Shown here: positions 38,225-50,870 of the stretch, in pieces
Layout of the letters: each line of letters begins with the position of its first letter
Position numbering within the stretch: position 1 is the first letter of the stretch
Assembly: GCF_963921235.1 (NCBI RefSeq)
Contig: NC_086100.1
Span: 203,362,001-203,426,000, forward strand
Length of the DNA: 64,000 bases
Direction: 5' to 3'
Source: Mobula hypostoma
Lineage: Eukaryota
The notes under the pieces: model-generated
Told to the model about the DNA's origin: nothing
Databases searched by the model: none
What the model saw: only the letters and a program-made list of their open reading frames with translations
Position numbers and translations under genes: made by a program

Positions 38225-40643
38225 TTAAAGCAGGAGTTGATCGGTAAACTTCTGATTATCCAGGACGTCAAACGTTATGAGGAGGAGGCGGGAGAATCGG
38301 GTTGAGAGGGATAATAAATCAGCCATTCTTCTAAACTCCAGTGAGTACAGGTCCAGAACCATCAAACACGCCTCATATGTTAACTCTTTCATTCCGGAAT
38401 AATTCTTGTGAACCTCCTGGACGCTCTCCAATGCCAGCACATCTTTTCCAATATAAGATACCCCAAACTGCTGACAATACTCCAAGTGTGGTCTGACTAA
38501 TGCCTTAGAATTACATCCTTGCTCTTGTATTCTAATTCTCTCTGACCACTGGCTCAAACTGCAAGATAACCTTTAGGGAATCCTACACAAGCACACCCAA
38601 GTATCTTTGCACCTCTGATTTCTGATTTTTCGCCATGTTTACAAAACTGTCTATGCTTTTGTTCCTTTTACCAAAGTGCCTGCACGACTTCCTACCCCAT
38701 AATCCATCTATCACTTATTGGCCCATTTCCTAATCTGTCTGTGTCCTTCCCCGGATTCCGAGCTTCTGCTGCACTACATGCCCCTTCAGCTATCTTCCTA
38801 TCCTCTGCAAGCTTGGCCACAGAGGCAACAATTCTGTCATCTCAACCACTCTTTGTCTATCTTAGCTTTGTGATCCTCGAATAATTCCAACAGACTTGTC
38901 AGGCAGGATTTCCCCTCACGGGAGGCATGCTGACTTTGCCCTATTTTAACATGTGCTTCCATGTACCCAAAAGCTTGTCCTTAATACTGGACTCCAACAT
39001 CTTCACAAGCACATCACATCCAGACTAACTCGCCTGTTATTTTCTTTCCCCAGCTGCTCTGCCTTATTAAAGTGTGAAGTGACCTTTGCAAATTCCAGTC
39101 TTCTTGAATGACCAAGTTGTTAGTGATTCTCGAAAGATCATTACTAATATCCCCAAATTCTCTTCAGCTAACTCTTTCCGACGAGTAGGGTGTTGTCCAT
39201 CTGGTCCAGGTATCTTCAGACCTTCAATCTTCCCACGCACTTTCTCCTTACCAATAGCAACAACACTCATTCTGTCCCCCGACACACTCACATTTCTGGC
39301 AGACAGCTCGTATCATTCACTGTGATGAATGACACAAAATATTAAATAAGTAGCTATGTCATTTCTTTTGTCACATTTCTCCTCTCCAGCGTCATTTTCT
39401 AGGGTTCAATATCCACTCTCGCCTCTTTTTTTCTCATTATATTTTTGTGTCCTCTTGAGTACTGTTGGCAAGCTTTCTCTCATTTTCATTTTCTCTCCTT
39501 ATAGCTTTGACATTGCCTTCCGTTGAATATCAAAATCTTCTCGATACTCCAACATCCTGCTATTTTTTGCTCTATTGTATGGCCCATCTTTTGCTTTTAT
39601 GCTGTCTTTGACTTCCCTTGTCAGACGCGGTTATCTCAGCCTCCCTGTATAATACTTCTTCATCTTTGAGGTTTATCCATCCGAATTGCCCCTGGAACTC
39701 CAGTCTTTGTCGTTCTGCAATCATCCCTGTTCGTGTCCCCTTCCAATCTACTTTGGTCAGCTCCTCCTTCATGCTTCTGTAACTAACGTTTCTCCATGCT
39801 AATACTCATGGATCTGACTTCATCTCCCTCTCAAATTATAGGGTGAATTCTATCATTTATGATCACTGCTTCCTAAATGTTCTTTTACCTTAAGCTCCTT
39901 AATCATATCTGGTTTATTATACAAATGCCACTTCAGAATTGCCTTTCTCCCATTGGGCTCAACCACAAGCTGTACTAAAAAGCCATTTCAGAGGCACTCT
40001 ACAAATTCCCTCTCCTGGAAATGCAGCACCAACATGATTTTCCCAATCTACCTGCATGTTGAAACGCCCCATTCCAATCGTCACCTTGCTTGGTTTTTCT
40101 ATCTCCTGGTGTAGTTTGTGTTCTATTTCTATCGTGGCTACTCTTTGGAGGCCTGTATATAGCTCCCATCAGAGTCTTTTTGCCCTTGCAGTTTCTTAAC
40201 TCTACCCACAATGATTCGACATCTTCTAATCCGATGTCACCTCTCCCTAGTGATTTTGTTTCAATATTTTTACCATCAGTCCCTCCCCAGCCTCTCTGCC
40301 TACCTGCCTGTCCTTTGAATACAAGATGTAACCCTGAATGTTAAGCTTCGAGGCAGGACTCAGTGATGCCAACGACGTTGTAACTGCCTATCTCTACCTG
40401 TGCTAGAATATCATCTACCTTACTCCCTATACTGGTGCATTCCAGTTTACTGCCTTCAGTCCTGTATTCTTTAACCTATTTGATACTGTCCACATGAATT
40501 TAAGCAAGGATTTTGACGTCGACCACACTTGGGGTATTGTGTGCATTTCCGCTGCTCCGACTCTGGGAAGGATGTAATTGCACTGGACAGGAAGCTTCAA
40601 TAAACGTGTTTCACACTCTGATAGTATGTTTGGGTATATGTTA

Positions 40644-40687
<44 letters not shown>

Positions 40688-42720
40688 TTGTGCTAGGTAT
40701 CAGTGGGTGTGTGTGCACATTGAAGTATTACAGTGTGTCACCCGTCTGGTCTGTGTTGACAATGTGTGACACGTGATTGAGTTGTATAATTAAATAAATG
40801 ACTGCGTCTGAAGAGAATGGTTTCCAGGTTACTGAGGGGAATAACAACGTCTATTTAGAACTGAAACGCGGAGAAATTACTTTAGTCAGAGGGTGGTAAA
40901 TCTATGGAATTTGTCGCCATGAGTGGCTGCGGAGGCCAAGTTATTGAGTGTATTTAAGGCAGAAATAGATAGTATCTTGATTAGCCAGGGAATTAAAGGG
41001 CATTGAGAGAAGGCAGGGGAGTGGGGATGACTGGAAGAATTGGATCCGTCCATGACTGAATGGCGATGCAGACTCGATAGGCCGAATGGCCTACTTCTGC
41101 TCCTATATCTTATAGTCTTATGGTTTATTCTATAGTATTTAAAAGCTTCCCAGTCCTCTGTCCTCCTACTAATTTTTGTTCTGTTGTACTTTTGCATTTA
41201 CATTATCTTGTCTTCCCTTGTCAGCCACAGTTCTACTATTTTGCCATTTGAATATTTATTTATTTATGGAATTCATCTATCCTTCATCTTCCTCATTTTC
41301 CCATAAATTCACACCATTTCTGCTCTGCTGTCATCCCTGCCAGCATCTCTTTGGCCAACTTCTCTCTCATATCACTGTAATTTCCTTTACTTCACTGAAA
41401 TACCGCAACGTCAGACTTTCTTCTTATCAAATTTCAAGTTGAAATCAGTCATGTTGTGAGCGCTGCCTCCTGAGGGTTCTTTTAATTTAAGTTTTCTCAT
41501 CATCTCTGGTTCAATACATAACACCTAACCTAGTAGAGCTGTTCCCCTAGTAGGCTCAGCGACAAACTGTTCTAAGAAACCATCATGTAGCATTCAACAA
41601 ATTCACTCTCTTGAGATCAATTACCAAACTGATTTTCCCTGTTAACCTGCATTTTAATATTTCCCATGACTGTCGTACTATTATCCTTTCGATCGACCTT
41701 TTCTACTTCCAGTTGTAATCTGTGATCCACATCCCAGCTACTGTTGGGAGGCCTGTATATGACTGTATTTTACCTTTGCAGCTTCTTAACTCAACCCACA
41801 AGGATTCATCATCTTCCAATCCTGTCACAGCTTGTTTCTGATGTACCAGCAGAGCCACGCCACCCCCTCTGCCTACCTTCCTATCCCTCCGATACAATGT
41901 GTAACCTGGGACATTCCAACTACAACCATCCTTCAGCCACGAGTCAGTGATGCCCACAACATCATACCCAACAATCTGTAATCGAGTAACAAGCTTATCC
42001 ACCTTATTTTTTATACTTCGTTCATTGAATTGTAACACTTTTGTACTGTATTGGCTACGCTTTCTTTGATTCTGCATCCCTTCTGCATTGGTTCTCACCC
42101 CGCTGGATTCAATGGTGTCTTCACATCTGTCTGCCCTATCTGACCGTCTGCACGCTATCTGTTTTTTTTTACCATCAGTCCGATCTACAGTTCCTTCACT
42201 CTAGTTCCCATCCCCCTGCCAAATTAGTTGAAACCCTCCCCATCAGCTTCATCGAACTTCGCTGCGAGAATATTGTTCCACCTCAGGTTCAGGTGCAGCC
42301 CGTCACTTTTGAACAGGTCATACCTCCCCCAGAAGAGATCCCAGTGATCCAAGAACTTGAAGCCCTGCCCTCTGCACCAGCTTCTCAGCCACACATTTAT
42401 CTGCCAAATCATCCTGTTTCTACCCTCACCAGCACGTGGCACAGGTAGCAATCAGGAAATTACAACTCTGGTGGTACTGCTTCTCAGCTTTCTACCAAGC
42501 TCTCTAAATTCTATTTTCAGGACCAATTTGCCTTTACTTCCAATATGGACCAAGATATCCAGCAGTTTCTCCTCCCTCTCTGAAATACTGCGGACACAAT
42601 CCGAGACGTCCTTGACCCTGGCACCTAGGAGGCACATACCATTCGGGTGTTCCGTTCACGTCCACAGAATCTCCTGTCTGTTCCCGTGAGGACTGAGTCC
42701 GCTATTACTAGCGTTCCCTC
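38225..42720. mobile_element. Degenerate CR1 fragments in TRIM intron 5 (mostly minus strand; plus-strand 3' end at 40860-41115)
   Basis: RT, EN (WVELRNCKGKKT..IYRPP) and ORF1 esterase (FKSDGLHLN) remnants. Confidence 0.8.
40647..40686. repeat. (GT)n microsatellite
   Basis: Direct reading of the sequence. Confidence 0.95.
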
Positions 42721-43197
42721 TTCTCCCTCTAATAACAGTGACAGTTGCGGGTTCAGTCGATGGGGTGGGGGAGACCTGCGTCAGTCAGAGTCTGAACTCA
42801 CAGCGCACGAAGGACTTGTGCAATTTTCTGACAATCCTACTCACCACATTGATACCTGCTTTTGTTCCCTACAATATCAGGAAATCAGTATTCATTTCCC
42901 AGCTCCTGCGATAGGGTTCAAACTCATGCCTTGGCGTGTTAGTGCAGTGTGCCTGGGATCAGGACGCGGTGGTTCACTAACCCTCCCGTGTATTGGTTGT
43001 ATTGTGACCCTGTGCTGGTGTGTTCAGGGGTATGACATCTCCAGCTGACCATGTGACAGTCATGCCTCCCAGTCGGTGGGGTTGATGTAGAATAAAATTC
43101 AGTTCCCCTTCAGCCATTATTATAGCCAATCTTTGCTTCAAATCGGAACTTAATTGTGTTTCATGAACATGGAGAAATGAATCTTTGTAAGTTTTAC

Positions 43198-43316
43198 CTC
43201 GATTAATGACATCAAGTGTTCCTCTCAGCACTTTGTTCAAAAAATAGGGGTGATAGAATTTTTCAACCCGTAGGGCTTCGTCTGTCACTGACAATTCCTG
43301 GACATCGTCAATAATC
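43198..43316 (-). CDS. TRIM gene 1 exon 5 (119 nt, linker)
   Basis: ACAG|G ATT ATT GAC...AAT CGA G|GTAAAA, encoding IIDDVQELSVTDEALRVEKFYHPYFLNKVLRGTLDVINR. Confidence 0.88.
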
Positions 43317-43403
43317 CTGTAAGTATTAAACTGCTGGTTATAAACTGCAATTCTGAAATATTTTACAAATGCAGACAGAGTTTTAGTAAAGAGCGTGTCC
43401 TAC

Positions 43404-43426
43404 CTTATGTTCCGACGACTTTTCTC
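43404..43426 (-). CDS. TRIM gene 1 exon 4 (23-nt micro-exon)
   Basis: TTTTAG|GAGAAAAGTCGTCGGAACATAAG|GTAG. A 23-nt exon is typical of B30.2 TRIM genes and it restores phase between exons 3 and 5. Confidence 0.85.
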
Positions 43427-44840
43427 CTAAAATAAATAAAACACAAACCTGATTAGACTTGTTCACATCCTGGATTTCATCCAAATCATTACAAGTTGTT
43501 GAAAATTCCCACTCCCGCAGTGACTCACACAGAGGGACAATACAGAACCACGGGGTAATTACAAAGAATATTTCTAAAAGTTATACCATCACTGAGAGCA
43601 TGAAACTTACAGAAAAGTCAGGACAGGTTGTGCATTTTCATCTGGATACGACGTCAGGGTGATAAGATGGGGGATTGTAAGATCAGTGAAGGATTTGGTT
43701 TTGTTCAGGTGGTGAAAGTACCTCTATTTATCAGGGAGCACTGTGGGGAGATGAAATTACAGATCGATTTTAATAAAAACTCCCAAAAGAAATTTAGTGA
43801 AGAAGATGTGGAACTCACTACCACAGGAGTGGTTGAAGCGGGATAGCAAGGATTGAATGTAATGGGGAAACTGGATAAAAACATGAGGGACCATGGAGTT
43901 CGGGGCACTGTTTCTGGCTGTGGTGAGCAGGTGGGAGGTGGATTGTGAGGCAACAAAATTGAGAGGAGAAAATGAACCAAATGGACTACTTATGATGGAG
44001 AATGGGATAAAATCCCGTGTAAAATTTAACCGAATGTGTAAAGTGAACAGTGAAAGTTTCCCTAATCTGACGGAAACCGGAAATGGAGGATAAATCTGAT
44101 GTGAGACGTCACATTCTTTGTTCTGACTGATTGACAGAGAGACCCTCACACCCACCTCACCAGACACACTCACAGCCTGTGAATGGAACTGGCTGTTAAT
44201 GGGAGTTTTAGAGGATCTTTCCTGTGGTAACTAAGGGCACAATCAGCAGCTCTTTGTTATAATCAGAGTACATCATTGCAGAGAAGATTGAATTCTCTCC
44301 TGGAATGTACAGAGTTGTGGAAGTCCAGTTTTGGTACAACAGCAAACCTGAATAGTTGCATCAATTGTCTGGTGAGAAACATTTTGTAAATGCTGTGTGT
44401 AGGAGCAACGCATCTGATTTTATCTGCATTGTATTCTGCGTTGCCTGTTTATGACGCAAACTAGTCACGTGAGTGGGGCATGGTAAAAGGGAAGGAAATA
44501 TCTAACGTATTTGTGTCTTGCTTTGGGCAGTTTTGTGCTGACGACAGACGGATATCATATCCTTTGTTAATCGCTTCATTGCTGCTTAATTTACGATTAA
44601 TTACGCTGAAGTTTCATCGTTTGAAGATCGAATGAAGGATCGAATACACATCTTTGACATTTTTAAACATCATTATTGGAGTGATTGGAGGTCGCGTCAT
44701 ACAAATATAACAATCTGTGCGAGGGCGCCAGCAGTGGCAATTGATTTGTTAGAACTGGCGGCTGTTCTGTGTTTATTTCAAATATACCACTGTTCATTTA
44801 GTGCCCTTTGTCAGAAACAAATTGAAATATAATCGCTCAC

Positions 44841-45074
44841 CTTCAAAAATATCACACTGTCTTTCTGATCCATCTGTTCCTCTAACTTTGAGATTTCCTC
44901 CTCAATAAACCGTATATTCGCTTGAATCTCCCGAAGATTTTTCTCCATTGGATTTAGTATCCTCTCCTCTTCTTCCCTGAGTTCCCTGAGTAAACTCTGC
45001 TCTTTCTCAGTGATAATCTGGCGCAGTTCTGCAAACTGGGATGTGATGTGGGACTGAACGCTGTGTAACTGTTC
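44841..45074 (-). CDS. TRIM gene 1 exon 3 (234 nt, coiled coil)
   Basis: CAG|GAACAG...TTGAAG|GTGAG, encoding EQLHSVQSHITSQFAELRQIITEKEQSLLRELREEEERIL...DSVIFLK. Confidence 0.92.
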
Positions 45075-45490
45075 CTGTCGAATTAAAGGTGAAGTTCAGT
45101 TTACTGTTTGCTGTGTTGTGTTCCTGATGTCATTACTGTGCCCATTCGATCGATTAGAGTCTATACTAGTTCTCAGAGCATTCCCGTCAACCTCATTTCC
45201 TCACATTTTCCTGAAACTTATTCTCGACCATTGACCCATCAATTCCCACCTGATTCACATACACCCTCCCTCAACTTCACAGGATTACTTGTAAATCACC
45301 ATTCATCCAGCATGTCCTTGGGATGTGTCTGAACCTGTCGTGGTCTCAGGGAGTGCACGCAAACTCCACAAAGACATCACCAGAGGTCAGCATTGGACCC
45401 AGGTCACTGGATCTGCGATACTCGGCTATTCCGCATTAAAGGGAGCAAAACTCTACAGTAATATCAGAAATTCCGCTCTGGAAGCCTCAC

Positions 45491-45586
45491 CCGAACTCCG
45501 GAAATCTTCTCTTTCTGTTGCTGCTCCCTTTCCTGGAAGTCTGATTTCTTTTTTGTGAGTGAGTCGAAGGAAGATTTCAGCTGATC
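45491..45586 (-). CDS. TRIM gene 1 exon 2 (96 nt, coiled coil)
   Basis: TTCCAG|GATCAG...GTTCGG|GTGAG, encoding DQLKSSFDSLTKKKSDFQEREQQQKEKISGVR. 96 nt is the typical size of this TRIM exon. Confidence 0.92.
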
Positions 45587-45664
45587 CTGGAAGTCACAGA
45601 GAGAAGCAGATAGAAAAAAAAACACGGTGGATCAAAATAAGCAAGTGATCAAACCCGATTATCG

Positions 45665-46240
45665 TGCACAAAACGCGGGAGAAACTCAGTGAGCCAGGCA
45701 GCATCTATTCAAGGGAAATAAACAGTCGACGTTCCGGGATGAGACCCTTCATTAGGACTGGGAAGGAATGGGGCTGAATCCAGAACTACAATGTTGGGGA
45801 TGGGAACCAGCTGGCTGGTGACGGGTGAGACAACGTGAGGGGAACGTGGGGGAGGGTGATGGAGTAAGAGGCTGAGAGGGGACAGGTGGGAGAGGTAAAG
45901 GGCTGGAGAAGAAGGAATCTGAGACGAGAGGATATTTGACCGTAGAAGAAATGGGAGGAATTGGGGCTAGTTGCAGCCTTGAATGGCGAGTGAGGTGGTT
46001 ACATGAGTCAAGTGTAGCACTTGTCCCGCTGGCAGGTTTCAGCGACAGGATAGAAATCAGTGGTGAGGGGCGACTGGATAAAGGAGTTACGGTTCGTAGA
46101 GAGTGATCCTTACAGAACTCGGAGACTTGTGGGGAGGGGTGGGGCTATGCCGTTGGAGGGAAAGATGTGTTTGGTGGTGGAACCCCGTTGGAGATGGCGA
46201 AAGTTACAGGGAATGATGTGTTAGGTGTGAAGTCTCCTGT
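45665..46240 (-). mobile_element. Old Penelope-like fragment in TRIM intron 1
   Basis: Degenerate match to 7850-8780. The hammerhead core at 45724-45759 is mutated. Confidence 0.7.
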
Positions 46241-46296
46241 GGTTCTAGACAGAAGAATGGAGGATGGGGTGAGGATCAAATTCGGGTTAGTTTTAC

Positions 46297-46707
46297 CTTG
46301 TAGATTTTAACAGCTTCTTTAATCGGCATGAAGCGGTGCTCTCTGTGTTCCTCCGTATCTCTACAGATCACACAGATCAGTGTCTTGTCCGTTTCACAAA
46401 ACAGCTTCAGTTCTTCCTCATGTTCCTCGCAGTGAAGTTTACTTTCCTTCCTTTTCATATTCAGGTTTAGACTTCGAGCTTTTTCGGCCAGATTTACTAA
46501 GGCCCGATTGACCCTGAGGGTGGGGTCAGCAAACACCTCTCTGCATTCCGGGCAGGAGTTTCTCTCCTCCTTTTCCCAACACCGTGTGATACAAGAGCGA
46601 CAGAAGTTGTGCCCACACTCCAGGATAACCGGATCGGTGAAGAAATCCAGGCAGATGGAACAAATTGCCTCCTCGGTCCAACTCTCGGCCGGTCCTTTCG
46701 AAGCCAT
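46297..46707 (-). CDS. TRIM gene 1 exon 1: C3HC4 RING plus B-box 2 (TRIM39/TRIM27/A33-like E3 ligase)
   Basis: AACATGG start context; MASKGP...CSICLDFFTDPVILECGHNFCRSC...CPEC...CEEH...FC..D...IC..C.....H..H; donor AAG|GTAAAA. Six exons total 1437 nt = 478 aa plus stop. Confidence 0.95.
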
Positions 46708-46738
46708 GTTAACTCTCAGCACTTCCCGATTCAGAATG

Positions 46739-46749
46739 CTTTCACTTTC
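46739..46749 (-). promoter_or_regulatory. IRF-E/ISRE motif GAAAGTGAAAG
   Basis: Exact GAAAnnGAAA core 32-42 nt upstream of the ATG, with ETS-like GGAAGTG at 46726-46720. Confidence 0.55.
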
Positions 46750-47287
46750 GGGGAGCTGCGGATCCCCTGCAGTACCGCGAGTGTCCACTACACGCGCTGC
46801 AGACTCGGGCAATGAACATTATGCAGCTGGATGTGTTCACTTGCAAATATTACAGTCGTGGTAATTTCCATATCAGGGTGAGTTCAGCAACACCTTAAAC
46901 GGGTCTGATCATAAATGAAAATTCAGCCATGGACTGCCTAAACGCGGCTGCGAAAGGGGCGGCGTTGGGCATGTGTCTTGCAATCTTATCCCGGTAAAAT
47001 GGCAGTGCGACAGAAGTGTCAAGTGAACCCCCAAAGGGCTCATCCCTGGGATCGGAAGGACTTCCCCTGGAAGACGATTGAAGTCCTGAGGTGAAAGGAG
47101 AAGACACAGGGCCGATAACCTTCGCCTTGGACAGAGCTGCTGATGGAGGCCTGTGTCCCAGTAGGCGTGATGGCTGAAGAAGATGCAGAACGGAAATGAA
47201 GCCGGAGGGAAGATTCTGGTTCAGTCTCAGGCAGGAGCGAAAGGGAGGCACAAGGACTGCTGACGCTAGAGTCTCGAGTAAGAAAAG

Positions 47288-47446
47288 TGATGCTGGAGGG
47301 ACTGACCGAGTCAGGCAGCATCTTTGCAGATAAATGTACAATCAACTTCCCGGATTCAGATCCTTCATCTGGCCTGTCTCAATCCGAAATGCCGAATGTC
47401 TATTTCCCTCCGCAGATGCTGCCTGATCCGTTGAGTTCCTCCAGTC
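47288..47446. mobile_element. Old Penelope-derived fold-back remnant
   Basis: Imperfect inverted arms TGCTGGAGG...TCAGGCAGCATCT / AGATGCTGCCTGA...CCTCCAG. Confidence 0.6.
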
Positions 47447-47859
47447 GCTCGTTTTATTAAAAAAAATTCTCGAGGTGTAAAGTGAGTCAGACCTGGGTGT
47501 AAAACCGGGGTTAAGTAACCATTTAAAACAAACGTTAAATTAGTTCATGCCATGAAAGTGGAGATGTGGAGAGAATATTGTACTCTGATGAGACAGATGC
47601 AGTGGTGATGACCGACCCGTGGCTACAGGGAAAAAACACAGGACTGGACATTCCATGTCACAGGGTGGAAAACATCATTTTGTTCGGCGAACTCCTGAGA
47701 AACTTTCTTACTTTATCCGTCTCTGCCCGAGCTCAAACGGAAGGCCAGTTTCCATAACTCTGGACAGAGCCCAGAAGCTGACATTTAAAAAAAAAATCAA
47801 AACAAGCATTATTCGCTATGAAATATTCACAAAGATAAAGCGTGCAATGTCCTTACCCG

Positions 47860-48066
47860 AAGATCGGTGAGCCCTCTGTCACGCAGCTGCTGTGGCACGG
47901 GCTCTTGCATCTTTCTCCACATATCTTCGCCAGCCCACAGGCCGCAAAGAGGCGAGTGACCGTCTGGTCTCCAGTGCAGTAACCTCGGGACAGCGCCGTG
48001 TGGGAGTGATCCTCGGGCATGCAGCAAGGATCAGACTGGGAGAGCCCCTCTCGCCGCCAGCCACGT
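47860..48066 (-). mobile_element. Tx1/L1-type LINE C-terminal cysteine-rich fragment
   Basis: Frames stitch to WLAARGALPV..LHAR..TP..RCPRGYCTGDQTVT.LFAACG..MWRKMQ (zf-RVT-like). Confidence 0.55.
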
Positions 48067-48104
48067 AAGGTTTGGCACGATGATCAAATTAGTTCATCGC
48101 CCTC

Positions 48105-48335
48105 CTGATGAACCTACGCAGCATAGTGGATTCGGCCCAGTACATCACGGGTGGTGCCCAACCAGCCACTGAGCACATCTACATGAAACTGTCGTCCATC
48201 ATCAGAGATGCTCACCACCCAGACCAGGCTCTTTTCTCGCTGCTGCAATCAGGTAGAAGCTGCAAGAGCCTCAGGTCACGCACCACCAGGTTCAGGAAAC
48301 AATTACTACACCTCAACCATCAGGCTCGGAAACAA
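48105..48335 (+). mobile_element. Rex1/Babar LINE 3' fragment
   Basis: IVDSAQYITG...IIRDAHHPDQALFSLLQSGRSCKSLRSRTTRFR. Confidence 0.7.
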
Positions 48336-48429
48336 TACAGGATAACTGCACTCACTTGCCGTCCGTCGAGATGCTCCCAGAACCAATTGTCGTATCAAAC
48401 TGAGTGAAATCAGAGGTGCTTTGACTGAG

Positions 48430-49215
48430 ACAGATCGCTTTGGGTCTGTCTCAGAATTAGAGAAGTAAAAGGGACAGGCACAATCTCACAGGATATTGAC
48501 AGGGTTGGGACGGGAATGATGTTTACCCTGGCTGGGCTGTGGGACCATGGTTCACAGACTTAATATCACCGTTCACCTAAGCGGGACTGAGATGAGGAGA
48601 AATTTCCTCACCAGCGCAGTGAATCTTTGGAATTTTGTCAACAAGGTTTCTAAATTTATTGAGATATTTTTTGAGTCTCAGCGCTGATGGGGACATTGCA
48701 GGAAAGCGGTGTTGAGGTCAAAGGTCAGACATGGAGAGGATTCAGATGAGGTTTCACTGGGTCTGTATCGGGTTAAATTCAAAAGGGAGAGGGGAATCTG
48801 ATTGAAACTTTTTGGATGTTAACAGGTAGACAGAGTAGATGTGGAAAGGATGTTTCTCATGGTGTAAGAGTCTAGGACAAGAGGACAGAGCCTCAGGATA
48901 GAAGGGCACTCTTTCAAAACTGAGATGCGGAGAAATGTCTTCAGACAAAGCGTTATGAATTTGTGTAATTCGTAGCCACATGCAGCTGTAGAGGCTAGGT
49001 CATTGGGTGTCATTAAGGCAGAGATTGATAGGTTATTGATCGGACATGACATCAAAAGATACGGAGAGAAGGCCGGGAACTGGTGTTGAGGAGGAGGAAG
49101 AAAGGAACAGCCATGATAACGGCGGAGCAGATTCGATGGGCCAGATCGAGATTCTGAAGAACAGAACAGGTGCAAGGGGCCGAATAGCCATACCTCCTAC
49201 TGTTTCTTATTTTCT
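48430..49215 (+). mobile_element. CR1 3' fragments
   Basis: Degenerate RGH.LRIEG...FFxQRV remnants and a CR1 3' UTR. Confidence 0.7.
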
Positions 49216-49879
49216 AAAGCACGAGTTTACCTTTGCGCCTTGTTCTCCCTTGGCCTTCAGCCTGTGGATTGCATAGGGGAGCGGTGAGAGCTCCAGAGAT
49301 CCGTCGCCAGCCGCTGCGGTTATTTCATGCTCTCATTATTTATTGTTATTTATTTATATTTGTATTTGCACAGTTTGTTGTCTTCTGCACGCTGGCTGAT
49401 CTTTCACTGATCCTGTTACAGTTACTATTCTGCAGATTTTCTCCGTCTGTCCGCAGGTAAATGCTTCTCGGGGTTCTATGTGGTGACTTACCTATACTCT
49501 GTTAATAAAATTCACTTTGAACCTTGAGCTTCGGGGAACTTCCTTTGATTCCGAGAACAAACTGTGACGGACATCTCCAGCTCCCGGCCGCAGTCCGTCC
49601 TCAGACACACTCACAGCCAATCAGCGGCACAACCGTCTCAACTTCACCACTGCTCTCTCCTGTTCCAACCTCACTCCCTCTGAACGCACTACCCTCCACT
49701 CTCTCCTCACTAATCCCAACCTCACCATCAACCCGCTGACAAAGGTGCTGCCGCAGTAGTCTGGCGGACGGACATCTACCTCACTGAGGCCAAACGTCAG
49801 CTCTCTCCTTACTTACCCCTGGAACAGGACCCCACCTCCTCTTACTTACCCCTGGAACAGGACCCCACCAAAGAACATG

Positions 49880-50870
49880 TGTGGTTCACATCCAGCTACT
49901 GCTGGGATGCCTGTATATGACTACCGTCAGTGCCGTTTTTACATTTGCAGTTCCTTAACTCAACCCACAATAATTCAGCATCTTCCAATCCTATGTCACA
50001 CCTTTCTACTAATTTACCAGTAGACCCACACCACCCCCTCTGCCTACCTTCCTATCCCTCCGATACAATGTGTAACCTTGGACATTCAGCTCCCAACTAC
50101 AACCATCCTTCAGCCATGGTTCAGTGATGGTCACAACATCATACCTGACAATCTGTAATCGAGCAACAAGATCATCCACCTTATTTCTCACACTCCATGC
50201 ATTGAGATATAACACTTTGTGTACTGTATCGGCGACCCTTTTTATTCTGCATCCTAATACACTGATACTCACCCTGCTGGCTGCAATTTCGTCCTTGCAT
50301 CTGTCTGCCCTATCTGACAGTCTGACAGCACGCTATCGTTGCATATTTACCACTCGTCCCCACCACCCCCACCACCAAATTAGTTTAAACCCTCCCCAAC
50401 AGCTCTATCAAACATCGCTGTGAGAATATTCTCCTCCCTCTAGTTCAAGTGCAACCCATCCCTTTCGAACAGGTCATACTTCCACCAGAAGAGATCCCAA
50501 TGATCCAAAAACATGAAGCCCTACCCCCTGTATCAGCTTCTCAGCCATCTCTTAATCTGCCAAATTATCCTGTTTCTACCCTCACCAGTACGTGGCACAG
50601 GCAGCAATGTAGAAATTACAAGCCTGGAGGTACTGCCTCTGAGCTTTCTACCAAGCTCTCCAAATTCTATTTTCAGGACCTCTTTGCTTTTACTTCCTAT
50701 GTAATTGGTCCTAAAATATACTAGGGTATCTGGCTGTTTTCCCTCACTCTCTAAAATGCTGCAGACACTATCGCAGACAGCCCTGGCTCTGGCACCGAGG
50801 AGGAAACATGCTATTCGGGTGTCCTATTCACGTCGATAGATTCTCCTTTCACTTCTGCTCCGCTCTTCCC
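49880..50870 (-). mobile_element. CR1 ORF1/EN fragment, duplicate of 41700-42720
   Basis: LYLNAWSVRNKVDDL...YDVVTITEPWLKDG. It has the same junction to the TRIM intron as in gene 1. Confidence 0.8.

Noticed and set aside
36013..38400. Intron more conserved than exon as direct proof of positive selection
   Set aside because: The intron immediately next to the exon is also diverged, so the high-identity patch is better explained by conversion. Selection needs a codon-based test.
46708..46812. 35-aa N-terminal extension (MPESAARV...) in the ORF track
   Set aside because: It begins at a non-ATG codon. The first ATG, at 46707, has good Kozak context and gives a typical TRIM N-terminus.
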